From Glycera tridactyla (lineage: Eukaryota), in contig OZ286464.1 in the NCBI GenBank assembly GCA_965644265.1, positions 69,750,001 to 69,814,000 on the forward strand: a stretch of 64,000 nucleotides of DNA. The letters are read 5' to 3'. How positions within the stretch are numbered: position 1 is the stretch's first letter; the number at the start of each line of letters is the position of its first letter. Made by a program: the position numbers and the translations under genes. The notes under the pieces were generated by a model. The model worked only from the letters and a program-made list of their open reading frames with translations. It did not search any database and was not told where the DNA came from. This document shows, piece after piece, positions 13,986 through 26,900 of this stretch.

Positions 13986-14060
13986 TGATAATGTTAGTGG
14001 CTGTACTCTAGCATTGGCAGAGATGTGCGTACCGTAGGTATGGACACTGGGAGCAATAGA

Positions 14061-14062
<2 letters not shown>

Positions 14063-14098
<36 letters not shown>

Positions 14099-14106
14099 CA
14101 GCAGCA
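14063..14106 (+). repeat. (CAG)n trinucleotide repeat, non-coding
   Basis: CAG x10, TAG x2, CAG x2. Confidence 0.95.
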
Positions 14107-14452
14107 TCTCACCACTGGGGACTTAACCCCAGTTTAATCATGCCCGAGCAACTTCGGGGCTCAAATTACTCGAGATTGTTTATTCTCGAAGCCAGACCTC
14201 TGCTAATCAGAGTCAGCATGAATTTATATTTCATCTCCGGGGCAACGTATGCCAACAGATTCTGGTTACAACCCTTCAATCCTCCTCTCAACGACTGAGG
14301 CCAAGGAGCCCCAGCGGGCATCTGCTCTCGCCCCCCCCCCCCTCCCACACCACCTGAGTGGTTTCCCCCCGATTTTCATAAGTGTTCAGATCTCCTTGGG
14401 GAAAGTGAGCTCCAAGTATATTCTACTGCAATTTTATACGACTCATGATATA

Positions 14453-14590
14453 CAGTCGAACCTGCTCTAAAGACCACCTTTCTATAAAGACCACCTCTCT
14501 ATAAAGACTGCCTGAGCTGCGACCGTGGTAGTATTTTCAACAGTAAATGACCTCTCTATAAAGGCGGTCTTTATAAGACAGGTTCGACTG
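14453..14590 (+). mobile_element. MITE subfamily B
   Basis: TA-CAGTCGAACCTG ... CAGGTTCGACTG-TA (12-bp perfect TIR); internal tandem of TCTATAAAGACCACCT units. Confidence 0.88.
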
Positions 14591-17500
14591 TATTCTCATC
14601 GCATCTCAAATATAATATTCCACCAGAATATGTTCGGATTTGATTTCCGTCAGAAGTTCAAGCAGTGGAAGATTATCCTTTGTGAGGTTTGTTTGAAGCA
14701 AGCTCACGCGATCCATCTTCATAAAAGTCCGAGCTAGCAGAGATATTTCTCTGCCATGCCGAGTCAAACTCATGTGATTTTATGTGGCGGTGGCCGACAG
14801 CTGGCCTCAGCCTAGCTTCCAAGATGTGTGGGAATGGTATCGCCGATGAACATTCTGTGTGCCAACGGCTCTGCCATTTGGTTCCGCCGAATCCCCACCT
14901 TTGCAACCACCAGTCACTTTTAATCATCCTTCATTTTGATCAGATAATAATCCATTGCCATAGATATACACCTGTACTGGTGTTCAGGGTTTGTGCAAGT
15001 GATACTTACAGGGGACAGAACATTTGGCTCTCACATATCTGACAGACAGTAAAACATTGAAAAATACCATCTGGCATGGTGCACATGAAATTTTGTCTTC
15101 ATGTCATTTTGCGTTAAACACATTAATCTGGGTCAGGGCCCAGTGCACACTCGAGGCCCGTCACATTTGGTAAACACATTCTGGCCAACATTTTTCATGT
15201 TTGGACAGAAATAAATAAATTCCATCAGCAGTTTGGTGATTTATTTTCCATATAACAATAATAAACATGAGCTGGAATGACTTGCATGTGACCTGTTTGT
15301 AAGTACATCTTCCAGCCACACCAATCTCAGTTTTTGTTCTTGTTCAAATGCCCATTTTCGAAGGACTTATCTTGGGGGGGGGGGGGGGGTGACCTAAAAG
15401 AAGAAAGTTGGTGAGAAAAGCTCATGATTGGTGAATTGAAGATGAGTCCCGATATCCGTGGAGTCATGGTGGCATTGCAAGGGTCAGGGAAGAGTTTGAA
15501 GTATGTTATAAAAATGGCAGCGGGTGCCACGGCATGTATTCCTCCTCGTGGCCGGGCCAATCTGTCCCCATTTCCCTGTCACATATTGTTCATAGATTTC
15601 GACATAGCTATACGCCAGCTGTCGCAGTCATCCCAACGAGAAATACATCCCCCTCTAACTGCCAACTGGTTCCCCATCATTCTTCACAGATGACTGGTAC
15701 TTCATTCATACAATGCCCACATTCCAAAATCAAAAATGGTTCCATGTTCGAGGGATCATTTGAGCCGGAAAGAATCTGTTTTAACACTTGAAATCCTTCT
15801 CAGAATATGGTTCATTATTTCAATATTGGAACTTGCCTCTTTGACAGATGTTTTGGAGCTGCTTCAGTGTGGTATGGCATAACATAAAAGTGAAATTGGA
15901 TCCCGACCAGCATCTTGTCGACTAAGATCTGGCACATCATCGGGAGTAAAAACCACTTAGAGTACACCGAACATGATTCATGTAAATACACAGAATATTT
16001 GCCTCCAGTCCAAGTTTTGATATATTCCTACTTATGTTTCTGATCCATAACCCACACATTTCCAACATCTGCATCTCGTAATTCATACGGGGGGAACCAC
16101 TGGCATGTTTCGGCCACAACCAAGTATCTTTTACCCGAAACAAGGTGAAAAAAAATGAGTGCATCTAAAGATGTAGTTAGTTGGCAAATTATATTCTAGA
16201 TTTATGCATTGTGTCTGATGATGCTCGTAAAAAAATGAGGATTTCTTCGTGGCGCAAAATGTTTTCGGTCTGGTTTCAGAGTGCATCGTGGTGTCCATAT
16301 TCTGGCCAGTGCTCGCCGGTGCATGTTTTTGTGCCTGCTTATCATTAGCGGAGAGTATTTGTCAGAGTAGGAAGTGTATGCCCAGGTATCTGGTGCTGAT
16401 TTCCACCACCATTTCGCCGACATTGGGAATCCCTGAGTATTATATTTATGCACAACAAAAGGGGGTATTGCCCCACGTAGTTGTGACTTGCAGATTTTGA
16501 AAGACGCTCTCACGATAGTTGGTGAAAGGATCCCATTGAAGCTGATGGAAAGAGGTTTCCAACAGAAGCTGTGAGGGGGGGGGGGGGGAGGGGCTGAATC
16601 TGTAAACGCCTGCCCTCCCGGACTGTGTTTCTGATGAACTCTTCCATTCGCTTGTGGACTGACCTTTCTCGAGCACTTACTTCTGATGTGATGAAATTGG
16701 ACGATGACAGTTCGAGAGAAACATCAAATTCTCGTACTATTTCATCGCCACAGCGGAATTTCCTCCCACAAATTCTTCTATCGCACTCGCTTTGATACCT
16801 CACAAGATTGCAATGATGCTTACAATGCAATTTGATAACGAATATTTTCATCGAAAAAGTGTTGACCCATATCCATTCAATTTACAACTACTTCACGGAA
16901 AATTGGCATTGATACATTTTCACGGAAACATAAATTCTGAGTTGGATACAAATTTTGGAGGGAAAAAAGCTGCAGATTAGAAACGTCTACTTTTTTGTGA
17001 CGGATGTTTATTTAACATTTCAGTTTTATTCTTGCTTCTGTACACCATCTGTTAACTGATCTATTGCAAAATGAGTTTCTGTTTGGTGGTTGATTTGTGC
17101 AGACGGGGATGGCAATAATGTGTGCCGTGAGAAGAAAAGAAATGATATTCACGAGAAGTTTGGCGGTATTTTGCGTGTGTAGGAGTGAAGCATGTTCATG
17201 TATAGATTTACCAGACATGGAACGTTGGCACTGCATCACTGGCGTGGTGTGGCTTGGTCGTCTTTTACCAAGTGCCACTTTGTTCCTCTGCCCCCTCCCC
17301 ATCCGGCAGAACATCTCTCTCTGATCCAATCATTTCTCAAAGAATCCACTTCTGAGTTAAGGATGGCTGAACTGGTTTTGGAACCTATTTGACGAGTAGC
17401 TGTTCCTATTGAGGATCTGTTTCGTATTGGTGCATGGTCCTCATGGATTGTTGGTCTTTATAGTGAGGTTATTTACTGTTTAATCGCAATTGTGGTCCAG

Positions 17501-17591
17501 GGTGGTCTTCATAGCCAGATGGTCCTTCTGTAGATGTGGTCTCAAGCAACCTCTGATGGTAGTCTATTTACTGCTGGAAAATCTCTGTAGT

Positions 17592-17770
17592 CCGTGAAAC
17601 TTGTGACTAGAGACCACCCCAAATGTCATGAAAATGCGGTCACTCAGATGAGGTGGTCTCTCGTCGGAGGTATATTTTTCTATGTAGAATACAAAAAAGC
17701 TGCCCTGGAAAAGTGGTCTCTCATTGGAATTGGTCTGTCATCAGGGGGTCTCTCAATGCAGGTTTCACTA
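17592..17770 (-). mobile_element. MITE subfamily A, diverged
   Basis: CCGTGAAACTTGTGACTAGAGACCACC ... GCAGGTTTCACTA+TA; shares AAAAGCTGCCCTG.AAAAGT with the 47382 copy. Confidence 0.78.
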
Positions 17771-18105
17771 TAGCCACCTTGAATCTGATATAGAAGAGAT
17801 GGTCTGGTACATTGAAAATATTGGGAGTAGCAGTGTGAATTGATACAGTATTCAATATGTTATTTGAAGAGTTAACAAGTGGGGCTATGTTATTTTTCCA
17901 TCCATACTTGTTTGACCATATTTCACTCTGGAGTTATGTATATGTTTATATGTGCTGCTTGGAGCTGGGGCCGGGATTATTTACATTCCGAGATCATCTC
18001 GTTATCCGGGCATATGCTCCAGTCCTTTGTCCCACCAGAAGCACGTCATCTATCAAATACGTTGTCATCTTTTCTTCATCCACTGATTTCAGCTCAGCCC
18101 CCTGA

Positions 18106-18299
18106 NNNNNNNNNNNNNNNNNNNNNNNNNNNNNNNNNNNNNNNNNNNNNNNNNNNNNNNNNNNNNNNNNNNNNNNNNNNNNNNNNNNNNNNNNNNNNNN
18201 NNNNNNNNNNNNNNNNNNNNNNNNNNNNNNNNNNNNNNNNNNNNNNNNNNNNNNNNNNNNNNNNNNNNNNNNNNNNNNNNNNNNNNNNNNNNNNNNNNN
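18106..18299. other. Assembly gap (N-run)
   Basis: 194 N. Confidence 0.99.
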
Positions 18300-21200
18300 T
18301 GAGGGTGCCAAACTGGAAGGTTGATGATTCAAATCCCATACAAGCCAAAAAATAATTTGGGCGTTTAGAACACATTTCATGGACCTGTTGCCAGTACAAT
18401 TTGGAAATATGTCTCTGACATGATTTCTATCACTAAAAAAATGTGTGTGCGTTCTGTGCATGCATGTTTTATTACCATAATTACTTGGGAGGGCTACCTA
18501 TCAGGCTGGATGAAACTTAGCCCCTGTAGGAGATTTGTCAGAAAAAAAAAGGTGCCTCGTCTATGTAATATTTCAAATGATTATAACAGGCAGATACATC
18601 TAAAGGAGGAGTAGTGGGGTGGAGTAACTGATTATGATCATTCTTGTCACTTCGCCTATCCCATGCCGGAAAAAAAAATTCTCTCACTCCACTAATCCCG
18701 ATATTTCAAAAGAATGAGATATTTGTGACGGCATTTGAAGGGTTGAACATCGAGCGTAAATGGGTTAAAAATGACAGATATCGGAGATATGATGTAGGAG
18801 AGCATGTGTGTGGCACTGGCTGTGTGTTCTGGCGAACGTTTGTTTTCGGGTGTTTATGACATGATGTCGTGCGTAATCGGGCAAACTCTGTTTTTGATTT
18901 CAACCAGACACATATTATAAGGGCGTATTAATTTCGCATGTGGCGTCTCACATCATATGGTTTATAATCTCTCGGTATTTGTGCCGCCAAAAAGTGGTGA
19001 TATTGCGTATTAATTTTACCCTCGGCATGTATCGGATTTTCATGTCTGCCCCAGAATTTGTCACGGATTCTGCTTCGTCTCTGCCATGTTTTTGGTTGGA
19101 TTGAAACTAAAGAGTATAATTTGTTCATAGAGAGTTGAAACATGACCTCTCGCTTATCAGGTTGTACATGTATTAATTCATACATGGCATATAACTCACT
19201 GATAAAGTAGGAAATTCGAATAGGTTGCTATCAAAAATTTGAACTACTGCGATATAGCCGGAATCATTTGGAAAGCTCATGACTACCATAGGCAGGTCAT
19301 AGTTCACCTCTGGTATCGATTCATGATCTCTAGTTGAGTTGTCTTTTTGCATGAGGGATTAAAGTAAGATTTCTCCATTAGAAATGAATGCCACAAGAAA
19401 GAAAGTCTCACAAGGATGAATTATTATTTGGTGACTTCCGATGAGGAAACTTTCATCAAAGAAAATTCATATGCTTTAAATGTGGTTTACCTTCAATGAA
19501 AACCTCAGGATGAAGTATGGGAGCATAGAAATATGAAGCCACACCACAGAGTGCTTCTCGAGATAGACAGATGCAAAGATGGGTGTTTTTTCAGCAAAAA
19601 TTATTTTTTAATCAGCCACCATGTGCCAGCATGTCAGTGTGATTGGTGGTGTCGACTTTCAGTCTTTATTGTGTTTTGCAAGGCATGGCAGATGCCCTTC
19701 GCTTTGGGGGCAACACAGGTGCCTGATGTTTGGGACATTAAGGGAACCGAATCGGGAATTGTATGGAAATACATCAGCCTTATCATTTCGATGTAAATTA
19801 ATGCAAACATTTCTTGTGGCCGGACAGCCGCAAATATTTCTAATGTCCATTCCGGGTTGGTGGTGTGAATTCATTTAACGCCAGCGACTCCGGAATTAGA
19901 CATGGCGGTTATATTAGGTGCATCTGATATGCGTGTAAAATACCAGTTTGAACCTGATCTGCATATTCGTGATCACACTCTGGAATATACCACACATTAG
20001 ATTTCAATTATCCGACACCGGCACAATGAATCATATGACCAAGTGTATGCTGATTTTGTCCAGTGATTTTGACCCTTTCCTTTCAAGATTTACCTCCCTA
20101 TCATCATTATAGTATCATGTGTGACCAGGTCCAATATTTCTTATTAGTAAAAAAGGATGGTGAAATCAGTAAAACTGAGAGATGTTTAGATCAGTGGAAG
20201 GTGGAAGCATGATCATGACATAGTTAACCCGACAGCTATGACTACTACAACGACTACTACGACGACGACCACGATGACGAGTGTGGTTTTGCTACTGGCA
20301 TGACATGATGCTTTACAATGTACATGTACATGTAGCTCCCTGTGATGGACTACAGACGTGTATCAGTGTTTGTATTAGTGGCAGCGGTTATCGGTGTATG
20401 TTTATGATATGCAGCATACTAACGGGGCTTCCACCTCGGCCTGGGAGGTCCCACATGACCAACCAACCACCTCGGCTTCCAACACTGCCTAAATCTCAAT
20501 CTCCGTGAGGAAATGTCTGGAGAACACTCATAACCATGACCCATGTGGCTTCCCTACTTCACAGTGTGCATTTTATCTGTCTGGACCTCATGAAATGCTT
20601 CAAGTTTGTATGCGCAAGTTGTAGAATTACCAGTTTTAGGATGGTCAAAGTGAAGATTTTTGTGAATCTTCATCATTTTCCCATGGTGAATAACTCCTCT
20701 TTGGTGAACAGTAAACACTCGAAACTACTTCCTTGTCTTGATGATTCTGAAGTTTCATTTCCTGTTTGCTCTGGTGATTCATATTCATAGATTTCTCACA
20801 CCGAGATGACCAATTTTGTCTGTGATTGTTGTAAATCCTTCACGTCAGGACCTGAATTTCCCTCCGGACATTACCCAAGTACATAATTAACACACCTGTC
20901 CTGCAGATAAAAGGAGGTGCTTGGTCGAGTAGTCAGTAGCAGTAGTTTCATCCGAGAACGATGTGTACCCTTTTCGGGTGAATTTTCACGTGGGGAGGTT
21001 GCATCGGGTACTTGCAAAGTTTGCCGAGCGAACCCCTTCCCCTAGGGGTCAATGGTCAGGTGTGTTGCACCCTTGGAAGCACGTCTCTCGGTGAGGTCCT
21101 CATGAGTCAGGTGAGGCATCTGACAAACTGGTCCCTCGGGGAGCACTGCACTGATGCATAAACAACAAGTGACCACGTCTTGATAACCAATCATGACTGA

Positions 21201-23927
21201 ATCGATGGTTCCAGCCTTGAAATGAGAAGGTTTCTGTGCTCCAACTGCCACTCAAATATCATAACTGAGTTCTATATTCATCATTTGAAGCACCTTCTTT
21301 TCATTGATATTTGTCTTTTTTGATTGTGAAAGCATTCACCTGATGTATGATATATCATGAACTTACACTCTTATCTGAAAATCATTGAAAAATCTTCACT
21401 TCATTAATTTCTGATGAGAGCAGGATGGCCTTTGGGAAAGACTTGGCCTTCAATGAGTATCAGAGTTGTGGTTGGTCTTTTGCATGGCTGATCTCTCGAT
21501 GGCAATGTCTTCGGCAGTATTCATGAGGTGCTGTCACGAATGCCATGTGCTCTGCACACGTCTAATTATTCGACTACTTGTAATTATTCCTCAGGCAGGC
21601 CAGACACCTGTCCCGACTTTTCTTTAAAAAGGGCGAAGCAAAACTCAATGGTCCGTGCTCTATATCCATGAGTACAATAGATCACGCAGCCGCTGCAATG
21701 CGTGGCTCCCGCCTATCTGAATGCGATCTGTAACACACTTTGCTCAATGGGGTCTCTTTCCTTTGATTGCAGTTGTGTCTTTTTGAGAGCATATGGGGCA
21801 GAGGTCAAATGCCTTCAGTGACGTCCATGCAGCGACTATTCAGTTGTAACTTATTAACAAATCACCTTTGACCTCGCTGATGACTTTTTACTGATCTCTA
21901 CTGACAAATTACTGTAATTAATTAGCGGAGCTGGTTGGATTTCCGGTGGAAGCGGTTTCAGCATGCCGTCTGGAGGGAGCAGTTGTGCTGTCTGCCTGCC
22001 CGTTTGTACATTAATTACCAGTTTGAACATTGATGAGTCATTTGAATTAAATTTGTTGTTGCATTGATTCGCCAACTCGTCAGTATTTCAGCTTGAATAT
22101 GTTTCATTATAATTCAAACCAGTTTTTCTTAGTCAGAGGACGTGACTCAAAGCAGTTCAGGGGGAGAGCATTATGCAAACAAAATAAAAATACAAGAAGA
22201 AACACTTTGACCTTGGATTGGAAGAAAATGAACTGAGTTAACTGCCTTTAGACATGGAATACTGAAATAAATAGGATCAATGCCAGACGTCCAACTGATC
22301 AGATTCTGTCTGGAGTTGAGTAAACACATTTCTGTGGGGAGGTCATGAATGTGTGTGTGTGTATTATCCACAATGCAGTGTGAACCCATGTGTTATTACC
22401 CTTTATAATCCCAGCCCCCCTCTGTGTCTGCAGACTTTATGGTCAGCATAATAACAATAATTTTATTATCATCTGTGACTAGATATTGCCGCTAGTTCGC
22501 CTGGCTTTATGCCAATATAATTGATCCATAGCATGTGATTCCATATTTTTATTGGCCCACTGCTCGTCTGACCCCAGAATATGTGTGCTGTGCGGATCAC
22601 AAGTGAGATCACAAGTAAAGTCGGAACTAAACAGTCCTATTAGCATTCGCATTTTTACCTGTATCTAATGAAGGTGTTATTAAATTTTACAGCCACTCCT
22701 CATAAAGGTGGTACTGGCCAAAGCAAATTCACTCATTGATTTTCAGTCTCTTCCAACTTCAATGCAAATCGAGATCTCTCTCGGAGCTCGGATCAGAATT
22801 GAAACAGATTTGTTTGGTGGTGAATATTGTAGTTCCTACTTTGTTTTGTAGTGTAAAAGCACAGATAAAGGAGGGTATAGTATAAAGCACACACTTCCCT
22901 CCATTGTATTTACTGTAGTGCTCACTATTTGCTTTAAAAACTTGAATTATGCAAGAGGGCCATTGTGCCTTCCCTGCAAATAAGATTGAAAATATAAAAT
23001 GGAGGTTTAGTGGACAAAAGGTTGTGACCTATCATCCTCACTTGTCTTGATTGGATTGAGTCTGGGGCGCTGAAGCTGAGAATGAGGACCCAAACTTGCA
23101 TCGATTGCATCACCCCATTTTCTGCTCGAATGATGAATATATTATTCGGTTATATCACAAGAAGTGAGCTGCTCATTGCATTCATTGCTACCTTAAAATT
23201 TCATGTTGAACAATAATATCCATACGAGTCCTCTCCCAAAGATACATGAAATCATACGGCTGTTCTGTTTGAATTTTTTTTTTATTTGTATGCACAAAAT
23301 GGAAAACATGGATGTTAACTAATCATGAACTAGAAGATTTCTTGACATTTCTTCACTCAGATCGTACTGTTTCATATGATAGGTATCTAAACCTTGCCCT
23401 AAACTTGATTACTGTCATGCAAGGGTGGATTTTCTTAATATTTCTCAGACATATCACAGTAATGAGATTGTTAGGAAGAACAGTGGACCTTTTCATCCAT
23501 CACCAAAAGTCGATCATTCAAGATCATTCAAATGACTAGCTTCCGATCAGTCAAATTACCTCTCCTTATGATTAGGGTGGTTGCCCAACAGATGTCATGC
23601 AGCACTCTCATTTGCATTTTATGTAATCGGTGCTAGACCCCGACAAAGCCTTTGATAGAGTGGGCGATAATTGGGGGCCATTAATCTTAATAGAGTGATG
23701 GTTTGTCCACCTGAAGGCATCTCGTAGATTATAAGCACACATTTGTGGGTCACTAATTCAGAAACAGAAATAGACACTTACTACAGAACATACAGTCAAT
23801 AAAATTCTAGATACACTCCTAAGTGATAATCTTGGTCAACCTATGACTTACTGACTCTTGTTCTAAGAGTTTTTCCTAAATTATTCTTGGAAGTTTTTGC
23901 CAGTTTTTTAATTGACTTCTGAATGTT

Positions 23928-23944
23928 CCCCCCCCCCCCCCCCC
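23928..23944 (+). repeat. Poly-C (17 nt)
   Basis: Direct reading. Confidence 0.9.
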
Positions 23945-26900
23945 AATTTGATCATATTTTGTGTAATATTAATTCTTGTGATGAGGCTCAATATCCTATA
24001 ATTTCAGTGGGATGGCATGAAGTAATATTTGATATTTTCAATTGTTCCTGAAATGATTTTCTGTGTAGGAAATAGCAAAAGGATCGGCATGATTGAGAAT
24101 GGTCCAGTGTTGAGCATTGAGTCATACCTTTTATCCTCACATTCATCTGTCGAGATGAATGTCTTTCATGTGAGACAATGCCATTGACGTCACAATACAC
24201 AATGCACAATGCAGCCTTTTGTGACATGGATGGACAGTGGTCACTGCTCAGTGGAGCATATCAGTTTGCCAATATAAATATAGTAGTTCCTGCTAACTGC
24301 CCACATACCTTTATACTCTCTTTCTATTATGTCAGATGGGCATTGTCCTCCCGAGTGATAATGCAAGAAGATGGGGGTGCATCCAAGTGTCCAATCAGGA
24401 GGGAAGCTGCCATGTTTGACTGACCCCACAGCCTGTGAGACAAAAATTACTCCCCCAAGTGAGTGGAGAGAACAATACTGGGAGGGATTTAGTGGGTGTT
24501 GTGTCAGGATGTAACAATAGCAAGAAAACCATAGTAACAGGCAGAATGGTCACGCATCAGAGATTTGTAACGTGATGACTAAAATAAGAGGAGGTGCTCT
24601 TTTATGCACAAAGATGCATCAGTAGGTGATGAGCTCTTATGCTGGTTGCCCAGGTATGTGAAAATGATATTGAATGATATCTACAATTTTATGGAGCTCG
24701 ACTGGAGCTAGATCTGCAAGTATAGATACATGAAACAGATCAGTCAGTTCATAGATACACCCATTCTTAGAATCTAGAATCTTTTTGGGGAGTTTCTGTA
24801 GTACGGTCCCAGCTGGTTTGGGATTCCTTCTGGGCAATCTTGAACCTGATTTTGCTTATGGATGCAAGAGAAGGTGCTTCGGAAGTGAGCGTCCGCCTCG
24901 TAGGTTATGGTGCGGTCATCCCTAGATGCATCAGGTGGCCCCTTAAATCATATTATTTCTATATCTCATCTACATGCATGGCCTGCATGATGCCGCTGCC
25001 GCGATCATCTTGATATAGCAGGCCAATGAAATATAGATGGCGCTATTAATAACGAAGCACTTGCGTTAATAAAGTGCGATGATTTATAAAATGATACGAT
25101 GGCCGCGGCTTTTCATAAATTATATGAGGGGCTTTGTCATCGGAGATGGGATCCTTGTGCTCTATACATGATTGATTCTGGCAGCAACTGCCAGAATAAT
25201 AACCAGACGTCTGATGGATGGGCCTGACTCTTACAACATCATATCCAACAAAATCCATCTTGTTTATTAAACATCCAGTAAGTGGCAATACATCAACGCT
25301 GTTTTTTTTGCCACCCTGCTTTGGAGGTCACTTCCAATTCGGCTTCACGTACTCTACATTGTAACGTATAGATTGAAGCATAATCATCATTATTTCCATA
25401 AATTTATCAGTTATGAGTATTGCATAGATATGTATGCTAGTATGAATGAACATAATCTTTAGTTACAGAGTTGCATGTAGTGTTTTTCACCATGTTGACC
25501 AATTTAACAGTTGCAGCATCTGGTTCAATATCACTATTATTGTTTCACCAACTCTATTGAGCTGTTGACTGGAATTGGATATGGAATATGTTTAAATCAA
25601 TTGAAAAAAAATCATTGAATTTCGGGATATGATATTCTTGACTGACGGGTAAACCGACGGGTAATTTTCCAGGTTTTCTGATTATCTGAAGATCTGAAAA
25701 GTTATGATATGACTGGATTGATTTGGGGATTGCTCAGTATTTTGGCAAAAGACGTTGTTGATGTCAGTCGAGTGTGCTTGCAATGGTCGCCGCGTTTCCG
25801 TACTAATCTGACATACCACCTGATTGTGGCAGCTTGCGCCTGACCAGATTTCCGTACGCCTCATGCCAATCCCGTGTGCCTCTCCAACTGGCCATCCTAC
25901 ATGCTGACGTGAATAGCCGACGAGCTTGCGCCGACGTCAGTCTTGCCGACAATGTGAAGTCCATCATCTCTGCTTATGACAGGCCGACTATTAACGAAAG
26001 CGATAATGGACTCCCGTTTAATCCACGCCGAGGCTCCTGTCACCTTCTTTCTGTCGCGGGAAGGAGTCCGAGCATATGCAATCATCCCCATGTGGGCTAA
26101 AGGTCGCCTTTTATTACCATGTCAAATCAGAAATGAAACGCATGCCTCATCTCGAGAGAGGTGCTTGCGCGTGTTATTATGACCTCGCTAAATGCTTCTT
26201 TTGCCTCCACAAGCAGCCCAAGTGACCTCCATCGCAAATACTATTGTGCCTGGGCAAGTAATTTTGCGACGGATCATATGCCATATTTCACGTAGACTGC
26301 CACTGTGCATACACAAGACAATACACCATGCGCCTTATGACTCGTTGTCATTGTGCCGTACTGGCGCCCTCAACATGGGTTATTACACGTTTATTACAGG
26401 AGAACAAACACACTTTCCCCGTGAATGCCCAGTGGAGAGCAGCTCCTTCATATTTCCCATCGAAGGTCCACGTAATTGAATCAATATCTTGTGTAATTTG
26501 AATATTTCTCAGACCAGTTTGAGTTCAATATTACATTGTTTTACCCATCAGATGTCACCAATCCCCTCACTCAGTACTAATCTGGGTGGACTGATATGAA
26601 TGGATAGTTGGCAGGTCTTTACCTCAAAGTCTTTCATCCAATGGAACATTTCCATTTTTGAATTACTGGTATGTTCATGAGACAACAATGCGAGTGATCA
26701 CATTTACTCAAATCGAGGCATTGCATTGGTGAAAAGACAGTTTCCTTCATGAATCTCCTGAAGACATACCAGTGAAAATCTTTTGAAATCGCGATGAAGA
26801 ATGACCCTGAAATATCAATACATGTATTTTTTTTGCTCGATAACCAATCCTGTTCTAAGCCAGGTATAGCAATGAATGGCCTTTTCCCGAATCATCATCA

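Noticed and set aside
17879-18461. Long ORFs crossing N-runs (also near 45.4, 46.9 and 56.6 kb)
   Set aside because: Length comes from translating N as X.
24637-24837. Minus-strand ORF 'MPRRNPKP...'
   Set aside because: Wrong strand for the spalt exon, TTG start, in-frame stop just upstream; resemblance is superficial.
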